DNA of 29,201 bases from positions 1 to 29,201 of the forward strand of contig JBDRKX010000046.1 in the NCBI GenBank assembly GCA_043813605.1, read 5' to 3'. Origin of the DNA: Elusimicrobiota bacterium (lineage in GTDB: Bacteria; CG03; SLGR01; JBDRKX01). Below, piece by piece: positions 1 through 6,684 of the stretch. The position numbers were made by a program, and so were the translations under genes. Numbering within the stretch: the first letter of the stretch is position 1; each line of letters starts with the position of its first letter. The notes beneath the pieces were generated by a model. It did no database searches and was not told where the DNA came from. It saw only the letters and a list, made by a program, of their open reading frames with translations.

Positions 1-351
1 GTGATTGATGATGAAACAAGTATTTTAAACCTGGTGGAGCGGGCATTAACAAAACAAGGCGTTGATGTAACAACTTCAACAACAAGTTATCAGGCCTTAG
101 GCAAGATTAAAGCCGGGAGACATTATGATTTAGTAATCTCCGATTATAAGCTCCGAGAAACACTTGGGCTTTCTCTGCTTTCTAAAATTCTATTGCTCAA
201 ACCAAAGACTAAAACAATTCTTATGTCCGGCTCCAGTTTTACAGGAGATGAAGTTTCCCAAATGAATATTCACGGCTATTTGCACAAGCCTTTTGAACTC
301 AGAGATTTAAAAAAGACAGTCGAAAAAGTCCTGACGGAGGTGTCATTATGA
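1..351 (+). CDS. Response regulator receiver (REC) domain protein, probably 5'-truncated by the window edge
   Basis: Acidic pocket (V)IDDE, DLVISD phospho-acceptor, MSGS and KPF motifs. The stop overlaps the recombinase start (ATGA at 348-351). Confidence 0.85.
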   Translation: MIDDETSILNLVERALTKQGVDVTTSTTSYQALGKIKAGRHYDLVISDYKLRETLGLSLLSKILLLKPKTKTILMSGSSFTGDEVSQMNIHGYLHKPFELRDLKKTVEKVLTEVSL

Positions 352-2072
352 AAAAGTGCGCTATTTACACACGAGTAAGTACAGATAACCAAGCCGAGAA
401 GGAATATAATTCCTGCAGAACACAGGAAGATAAGATCAAGTCATACATTAACAGCCAAGAGGGCTGGGGAATATACAATATATATTCTGATGAAGGATAT
501 ACGGGAGCAAATTTAGACCGCCCGGCTTTTAAAAGAATGATGCATGATATCAGCAATATAGATATCATTCTCTTTTACAAACTTGACCGGCTTACAAGAA
601 GTCCGAAAGACTTCTATAATCTTGTAGAACAGTTTGAAAAACATCATATCGATTTTATTTCCATTACAGAGAAATATGACACTTCAACCCCCTCCGGTCG
701 TTTACTTATGAATGTAATTTTGACGGTAGCTCAGTTTGAAAGGGAACTTACAAGTGAAAGAACCAAACATAAAATGATTGAGCGGGCTAAAAATGGAATG
801 TGGAACGGGGGCACTATTCCCTTCGGATATAAAGTAATAAACAAAAAACTTGAACTAGACAAACATGAAGCTTTTGCAGTTAATGAAATGTTTAAGACAT
901 ATACACAAACAGGCAGTTTAAAAAAAGCATATTATTCAATAAATGCTCTGGGCTTCAAATTCTCTCAGCAGCGGATTCATACAATACTTAGAAACCCGGT
1001 ATATATCGGACAGACGAGATATGACGGCAAATTATTTGACGGTATCCATGATCCTATTATTTCAAAAGCGATGTTTGAGTCTGCATCAAAAACACATAAA
1101 CCACCAAATAAAAAACATAGAACCTATAGAAAATATGCTCTTGCCGGAATTATCCACTGCAAAGATTGCGGATTAGCCATGACTCCTTCTTTCAGTAACA
1201 AAAAAAAGGACAGAAGACTTATCAGATATTTTTATTATAGATGCATAACGACTCTCAAAAAAGAATGGAAAGACTGTCGCACCCGGCAGGTTAATGCAGA
1301 TAAACTGGAGAAGTATATATTAAATCAGTTTTTGAGATTGTTATCCGATCCGCTCTACCTCGAAACATATTTGAGAAATCATCAGTTCGAATCCCTGTCG
1401 GCACCCCAGAAACTCCTCGAACTCCCTGAAGCACAAATCAAGGAACTCCAAAACAGGGTCACAAAAACGGTTTTAGCTGTCGCTGAAACCATGAAACAGC
1501 CGAATTCTGATGAGAAGAATATGGCATTAAAAAAATGTATTAAGAAAATAAATTATTCCCCCCACCAAATTGAAATTGAGTTGTCTCTTTCAGAGCCAAC
1601 CGACGACAAAAGGGCTGGAGAAGAGGGTAGGCGTCCGCGAGCAGGTGCCCGTGACCTTGCCACGAGCTCCTGCTCGCGATCTGAAAATTTGCCTGTTAAT
1701 AACTTATCTGTTTTTTCTGATTTAGAAAGTTCGATACCAAAGGGTTGGCTGGGGAGGGAGGATTCGAACCCCCGAATGCCGCCGCCAAAGGGCGGTGCCT
1801 TACCGCTTGGCTACTCCCCAGTAATTGTTTCGATAGTATTTGAAACGAGCCAGGACCTGTATCCGAAATTCTCGCTTAATATCTGCGATATAGACTCCGC
1901 AGTCTCTGCATCGTCCGCAATTGCGAATAAACATGCCCCGCTGCCTGAAAGAAGGGGAAATGTACCCCAGTTGACCAGACGGTTCTTCAGATCCCTGAGT
2001 ACAGGATATCTCTTGAATACCACTACTTCAAGATCGTTTCTCAGAATATCTGCCCATTCTCCCCTCTTATAA
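348..2072 (+). CDS. Large serine recombinase/integrase (resolvase + recombinase + Zn-ribbon domains) with a read-through tail across tRNA-Gln
   Basis: YTRVST catalytic Ser motif, DEGYTGANLDRP, KLDRLTRS, AQFERE, GGTIPFGY, ILRNPVYIG, G.HDPIIS, CKDCG...YYRC...C. GGAGG SD at 336-340. Recognisable fold ends near IEIELSL (~nt 1590). Confidence 0.93.
   Translation: MKKCAIYTRVSTDNQAEKEYNSCRTQEDKIKSYINSQEGWGIYNIYSDEGYTGANLDRPAFKRMMHDISNIDIILFYKLDRLTRSPKDFYNLVEQFEKHHIDFISITEKYDTSTPSGRLLMNVILTVAQFERELTSERTKHKMIERAKNGMWNGGTIPFGYKVINKKLELDKHEAFAVNEMFKTYTQTGSLKKAYYSINALGFKFSQQRIHTILRNPVYIGQTRYDGKLFDGIHDPIISKAMFESASKTHKPPNKKHRTYRKYALAGIIHCKDCGLAMTPSFSNKKKDRRLIRYFYYRCITTLKKEWKDCRTRQVNADKLEKYILNQFLRLLSDPLYLETYLRNHQFESLSAPQKLLELPEAQIKELQNRVTKTVLAVAETMKQPNSDEKNMALKKCIKKINYSPHQIEIELSLSEPTDDKRAGEEGRRPRAGARDLATSSCSRSENLPVNNLSVFSDLESSIPKGWLGREDSNPRMPPPKGGALPLGYSPVIVSIVFETSQDLYPKFSLNICDIDSAVSASSAIANKHAPLPERRGNVPQLTRRFFRSLSTGYLLNTTTSRSFLRISAHSPLL
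1636..1678. repeat. GC-rich 18-bp imperfect inverted repeat (hairpin)
   Basis: CGCGAGCAGGTGCCCGTG (1636-1653), 7-nt loop, CACGAGCTCCTGCTCGCG (1661-1678). 16 of 18 positions are complementary. Confidence 0.85.
1746..1820 (-). tRNA. tRNA-Gln (anticodon TTG)
   Basis: Reverse complement TGGGGAGTAGCCAAGCGGTAAGGCACCGCCCTTTGGCGGCGGCATTCGGGGGTTCGAATCCTCCCTCCCCAGCCA. U1-A72, anticodon stem CCGCC/GGCGG, GTTCGAATC T-loop, encoded CCA. Confidence 0.97.
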
Positions 2073-2662
2073 CAACTGATTATTGTATTCAGTTCATCTT
2101 TTTCTGTCAACTTGCCGCCGGGATAATTATCGTATATCTCTTTTGTCGATATCTCTATTCCGGTATCGACAATAATTATCTCTTTTTTTCCTTTGAAAAG
2201 GTTCTCAAAAGGTATCACCGTTTCACCGCGGCCGGTAACCACGCCGGCGCCGGGGTGAAGAAAAAAATTAACGTCACTGCCAAGCTCTCCCCCTATTTCA
2301 CCCAGCTTATTGACCTCCATGTTGAGTCTCCACAGCCTGTTAAGATGCTCCAGCACACAAGCACAATCGGATGACCCGCCGCCTAAGCCACGGCCGGCAG
2401 GTATGTTCTTTTCTATCTTCATCCGGCACCCGCTCCCCGAAGGAGCCATCTCTTTGAGAAGCATCGCTGCCCTATACATCAGATTGTTTTCCTGAGGGAG
2501 CCAATCAGGACCTTCCACCGTTATCTCGTCTGCCGGCTCGATACTAATACGGTCATATAATCCTATCTTAACCATGATTGATACGATATTATGGTATCCG
2601 TCATCCCTTCTGTTCCCAACATTGAGAAAAAGATTAATCTTTGCCGGCGCCCTGAATTCCAT
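1811..2662 (-). CDS. ispE: 4-diphosphocytidyl-2-C-methyl-D-erythritol kinase
   Basis: APAKINLFL, GYH, KNIPAGRGLGGGSSD (GHMP ATP loop), LGSDV, NDLE, LSGSG. Classic ispE-tRNA-Gln adjacency. Confidence 0.95.
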   Translation of the reverse strand: MEFRAPAKINLFLNVGNRRDDGYHNIVSIMVKIGLYDRISIEPADEITVEGPDWLPQENNLMYRAAMLLKEMAPSGSGCRMKIEKNIPAGRGLGGGSSDCACVLEHLNRLWRLNMEVNKLGEIGGELGSDVNFFLHPGAGVVTGRGETVIPFENLFKGKKEIIIVDTGIEISTKEIYDNYPGGKLTEKDELNTIISCYKRGEWADILRNDLEVVVFKRYPVLRDLKNRLVNWGTFPLLSGSGACLFAIADDAETAESISQILSENFGYRSWLVSNTIETITGE

Positions 2663-3089
2663 AAACTATCCTTATATCAATAACCGTCTTTTTTCTGCTT
2701 ATCATGATCCTGCCAGGAAGCTCTTTTCCCGATACTGTTACATAATCTGAATATTCTATGTCAGCTCTTTTCCTGTTATCAGAGAAAAGGTGTCTCCAGT
2801 ACCGGAATATCTCACTATAACCGTCTACCGAAAGTTCTTTTTCTGTTATACTGTTTTTTTCCACTATTACCTTGCCCAGCGGCTGGCCATATTCATCCTG
2901 GAAATATATGCTGAATCTATCTTCCGGCCCATCAACTTTAAATACCCCCCGTGCCGAAGACAACATCCCGAAAGAAGACCCGGTTACAGCAAAAGTCATA
3001 ACGCCGCCGAAACTTATATCAAAAGCGGCATGCCTGCCTGAACAGGCTGTAATAATGAAAGAACAAAAGAGTATGGCACCCCACTTCAA
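2634..3089 (-). CDS. Small lipoprotein, LolB-like by position
   Basis: Signal peptide with lipobox ITAC. Beta-rich, with a C-terminal LPGRIMISR...IDIRI segment. Lies between the TPR gene and ispE. Confidence 0.55.
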   Translation of the reverse strand: MKWGAILFCSFIITACSGRHAAFDISFGGVMTFAVTGSSFGMLSSARGVFKVDGPEDRFSIYFQDEYGQPLGKVIVEKNSITEKELSVDGYSEIFRYWRHLFSDNRKRADIEYSDYVTVSGKELPGRIMISRKKTVIDIRIVYGIQGAGKD

Positions 3090-4555
3090 TTCTCGAGCTC
3101 TTTGATCTTTGTTTTGAGCTCATCATTTTCAGGAGCAAGCTCAAGTGCTCTTTTATACGAAGACTTTGCCTCCGATTTCTGATTCAGCTTAAGATATATG
3201 TCACCCAAATGCTCAAAGATCACCGGATCATCTTTTATCTTTACCACAGCCGCCTTCAGTTTTTTAAGGGCTTCTTCATGTCTTTCCTGTTTATAATAAA
3301 CCCAGCCAAGACTGTCTATATAGGCTGCATTCTCAGGATCAGTGTTAAGCGCTTTCATTATATGCTGTTCCGCTTTATCCAGATTAATCCCTTTTTCCGC
3401 CCAAGTGTAACCGATATAATTATGGGCACCCGGATGGTCAGGATCAAGCTCGAGACACCTGTCGAACATCTTAAAAGCCTCTTCTGCATTGCCCATCCTG
3501 TCGTTTACTACTCCAAGATGAAAAAGCACTTGTTCGTCAGTTCTCAGCACCAGGGCTGTCAGCAGGGCATTCAAAGACAATTCGTTCTCTCCCTGGAACT
3601 CGTATGTAAGTCCCAGTAGATACCATCCCATAAACTCGTCGGGATAGAGCTCGGTAACCTCCTTGAACACAAGAGATGCTTTTTCTATTTCTTCCATCTC
3701 GCTGTATAATGTCCCCAACCTCAAAAGAACCGCTATACCGTCATTGGTCGCATCTCTCAGCTCAAAGAGAACTTCCAGTGCTTCGGCATGTTTTTTTTCT
3801 TCCTGATAAAGTTCGGCCATAAGAAACAATGTATGTACATCCCGCGGATTATCTTCCAGGTTAAGCCGGAGATATTTTTCAGCTTTCCGATGCTCTTTAA
3901 GGAATCCGTAGACACGCGCTATCTGCATGTAGACTTCTTTAGATTCTGCTCCGTATTTTATTGCTGTCAGGTAATTCTTGACCGCAGTATTATACTTTTT
4001 CAACTCTAGGTATATATCCGCAAGCGCGAGCCGGGCATAAACATTACTCGGGTCGTTCTTCAGTATTATTATGTATTGTTTAAGGGCAGACTTATACTCT
4101 TTTTCTTTCTCGTGAAGGGCTGCTATATTAAGACGTATTACATCATTGTCTGGATTCACTTCTATTATCTTTGCATATGTCTCCAGGGCTTTATCCGGAT
4201 CTTTGGTATGCGCGAATATATCGGCAAGCAGTTCAAGAAACTTCGGATCGTTCGGACGGCTGCCGTACATCTTTATTCCAAGTTCCCGGGCTTTCCAGTA
4301 GTCTCCTGTAATATAATACAGTTCCAGAAGATCCCATCTTATTGTCCAACTGTCCAAATCCAGTCTCACTGCTTCTTCAATGCTGTCTATAGCTTTCCCT
4401 ATCTGCCCTTTGTGTATATATATTCTTCCCATGAGGTAATGATAATACGGGGTTTTTTCAGGATGTTTTCTGTAGATCGCGCCGGCAGACATCCTGCATA
4501 TAAATACTGCCACTATTAATGCTGTTATAATCTTTTTCTTATCCATTTTTCTCAT
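3086..4555 (-). CDS. Exported tetratricopeptide repeat protein
   Basis: N-terminal signal/TM segment, many TPRs, and the AHNYIGYTWAE and AYIDSLGWVYY motifs typical of the TPR protein found upstream of lolB-ispE. Confidence 0.9.
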   Translation of the reverse strand: MRKMDKKKIITALIVAVFICRMSAGAIYRKHPEKTPYYHYLMGRIYIHKGQIGKAIDSIEEAVRLDLDSWTIRWDLLELYYITGDYWKARELGIKMYGSRPNDPKFLELLADIFAHTKDPDKALETYAKIIEVNPDNDVIRLNIAALHEKEKEYKSALKQYIIILKNDPSNVYARLALADIYLELKKYNTAVKNYLTAIKYGAESKEVYMQIARVYGFLKEHRKAEKYLRLNLEDNPRDVHTLFLMAELYQEEKKHAEALEVLFELRDATNDGIAVLLRLGTLYSEMEEIEKASLVFKEVTELYPDEFMGWYLLGLTYEFQGENELSLNALLTALVLRTDEQVLFHLGVVNDRMGNAEEAFKMFDRCLELDPDHPGAHNYIGYTWAEKGINLDKAEQHIMKALNTDPENAAYIDSLGWVYYKQERHEEALKKLKAAVVKIKDDPVIFEHLGDIYLKLNQKSEAKSSYKRALELAPENDELKTKIKELEN

Positions 4556-6392
4556 CTATCATTGCCTGATAGATATTCATAAATTCGTTTACTGCAGAAT
4601 CTCCTTTTTTTTCTTTTAGCGCGATAGCGATCTGTTTAAGTGTCAGATCTTTGAGCTTATCTCCCGGAACATCAGGTTCTTCACTGTGAGCAGTGCTTGA
4701 CATGACTTTTAAAATATCGTGAATCTTCAAGTTCATCAGGGCATCCACACAGTCAGAGTCGAATTTTGAAGATCTTAATATTTCTATCTCCTCTACGACC
4801 TGGTCTATGGGCATCGGTTTTCTGTAATGTCTTCTGAATGTGAGCGCATCAAAAACATCTGCAACTGCCATTATTTTGGCGAGTTCAGGTATATCGTCAC
4901 CATTGAGTTCATCGGGGTACCCTGTGCCGTCTATTTTTTCATGGTGCGATGACGCTACTGCAGGAATATCCCTGTACCTTGGGGAAAAATAGGTCTTTTC
5001 CAGTATCTTCCTTGTTATTACTGCATGTGTCTTCATGTGGTTGAATTCGTCTTCTGTCAGGCTCCCCGGTTTAGTCAGCACTGATTCGCGCACTCCTATT
5101 TTACCTACGTCGTGCAGAAGAGAAGCATACTTTAAAACACTCAGCGAATCCTTATCGTAATTCATATTGGCAGCCATCATAGTAGCGTACCCGCAGACCC
5201 TGTGCGAATGGCCTGCTGTTGACGGATCCCTTGCGTCTATAGCTTCTGCAAGTGTATCAATAAAAGAAGTGAATGATTTTTTTAGCTCTTCATATAATGT
5301 CGCACTTTCTATGGATGAAGCCGCCTGCCTGGCGAGAAGCACCAGTATTTCTTCATCGCGGCTGTCAAACACCTTATTATTCTTTTTGTTCATCACTTCA
5401 AAGATGCCTATTATTTCTCCCATCTGATTTTCCATTGGTATGCACAGGAGACTCTTTGTCCTGTAACCTGTCTGTTTATCAACTTCCCGGTTGAACCGGC
5501 TGTCTTCATAAGCGTCAGTGACATTTATCGCCCTGCCTGTTCTCACCGCATCACCGGCAAGACCTTTATCTGCTGAAAACCTTATCTTTATCGTTCCCAT
5601 ACCATGAGCTACCCAGCTGTAAAGCTCATTCGTCTTTCTGTCCAGCAGGAAAACCGTACACCTGTCCGCTTTGAGTATCTCTTCTGTGAACCCGGCAAGT
5701 ATATTTAATATACTCTCAACATTATGTAGAGCGCTTATCTCAGTAGAATACTCAAGTATAAGTGAAAGTATCCGCTTCCACTCGAACAGGTCTTCAGCCT
5801 GCCCGGCTGTTTCATTAATGCTCATTTTTTCCATATGTTCCTGCAGTTGTTTTTCATATATTTTCAGCATCTCATCCCCATATACAACGAACCGCACAAA
5901 GTCAATGCTGTCATTTGCCTTTAGAAATTCTATCACACTGGAAACTGCAACTTTAGCAGCTTTATCAGCAGGATATCCATATGCACCGGCACTTATCGCA
6001 GGAAAAGATATCGTCTTTATTCCGTTATCCGCGGCTGTCTCCAGGCTGCTTGTATATGCCGAACCAAGCAGCCTTGAATCATCATCTGTGCCCTTGTATA
6101 CAGGTCCCACCGTATGTATTACATATTTGGCTTTTAGACAATAACCGCGCGTAATCTTTGCCTCCCCGGTATTACAACCGCCTATTTTTCTGCACTCACC
6201 CAGAAGCCCGGGGCCGGCCGCCCTGTGAATAGCTCCGTCTACACCGCCTCCACCGAGCAGAGACTTATTCGCAGCATTGACTATAGCCTCCGTTTCCTGA
6301 TGCGTTATATCGTCTTTTACCACATCTATTATGCTGTTTTTAATGCGTATTGCTAAATTTTGTTGATTTTGCATAGACAATAACCCTGTCAT
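4539..6392 (-). CDS. Macrodomain (YmdB/MacroD-type) - GAF - HD-GYP phosphodiesterase fusion protein
   Basis: Macro: DIT, IVNAAN, GGGGVDGAIH, HTVGP, PAISAGAYGYP. GAF with NKKNNKVFDSRDE. HD-GYP: GHSHRV, LHDVGKIG, HHEKIDGTGYP, ADVFDALT, RHYRK. The start could be 6374. Confidence 0.9.
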   Translation of the reverse strand: MTGLLSMQNQQNLAIRIKNSIIDVVKDDITHQETEAIVNAANKSLLGGGGVDGAIHRAAGPGLLGECRKIGGCNTGEAKITRGYCLKAKYVIHTVGPVYKGTDDDSRLLGSAYTSSLETAADNGIKTISFPAISAGAYGYPADKAAKVAVSSVIEFLKANDSIDFVRFVVYGDEMLKIYEKQLQEHMEKMSINETAGQAEDLFEWKRILSLILEYSTEISALHNVESILNILAGFTEEILKADRCTVFLLDRKTNELYSWVAHGMGTIKIRFSADKGLAGDAVRTGRAINVTDAYEDSRFNREVDKQTGYRTKSLLCIPMENQMGEIIGIFEVMNKKNNKVFDSRDEEILVLLARQAASSIESATLYEELKKSFTSFIDTLAEAIDARDPSTAGHSHRVCGYATMMAANMNYDKDSLSVLKYASLLHDVGKIGVRESVLTKPGSLTEDEFNHMKTHAVITRKILEKTYFSPRYRDIPAVASSHHEKIDGTGYPDELNGDDIPELAKIMAVADVFDALTFRRHYRKPMPIDQVVEEIEILRSSKFDSDCVDALMNLKIHDILKVMSSTAHSEEPDVPGDKLKDLTLKQIAIALKEKKGDSAVNEFMNIYQAMIDEKNG

Positions 6393-6413
6393 TAGCCGTT
6401 AATAATAAGAATA

Positions 6414-6442
6414 AGTATATATTTAAATTCCTAAAAATTCAA
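6414..6442 (-). promoter_or_regulatory. Putative sigma70 promoter for the macro-GAF-HD-GYP/TPR/ispE operon
   Basis: TTGAAT-N17-TATACT on the minus strand. Confidence 0.55.
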
Positions 6443-6521
6443 AAATACGTTACGGATAGTTTACTTGATTTTCCATAAATTTTGCATTTATCCGCATCCG
6501 TTAAACATCAAATAAATCAAC

Positions 6522-6550
6522 TTGACTGAGATTTTTTTATAATATAGAAT
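6522..6550 (+). promoter_or_regulatory. Putative sigma70 promoter for tRNA-Leu (and possibly the pilB operon)
   Basis: TTGACT-N17-TAGAAT, ending 9 nt before the tRNA. Confidence 0.7.
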
Positions 6551-6559
6551 TATTTTACC

Positions 6560-6646
6560 GCCGGGATGGCGGAATTGGCAGACGCAGTGGACTCAAAATC
6601 CACCGGACTCAGGTCCATGGGGGTTCGAGTCCCCCTCCCGGCACCA
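6560..6646 (+). tRNA. tRNA-Leu (anticodon CAA)
   Basis: GCCGGGA acceptor stem, GGAATTGGCAGAC D-arm, GTGGA-CTCAAAA-TCCAC anticodon arm, long variable arm, GTTCGAGTC, ACCA end. Confidence 0.97.
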
Positions 6647-6684
6647 GATACTATGGTATATTTTATCAATAAAACAGCAAAAAA

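Larger units (their letters stand above)
1..1745. mobile_element. Right end of an integrative element (prophage/ICE/genomic island) inserted at the 3' end of tRNA-Gln
   Basis: Serine integrase abuts the tRNA 3' end, and the region is visibly more AT-rich than downstream genes. The other att site lies outside the window. Confidence 0.7.
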
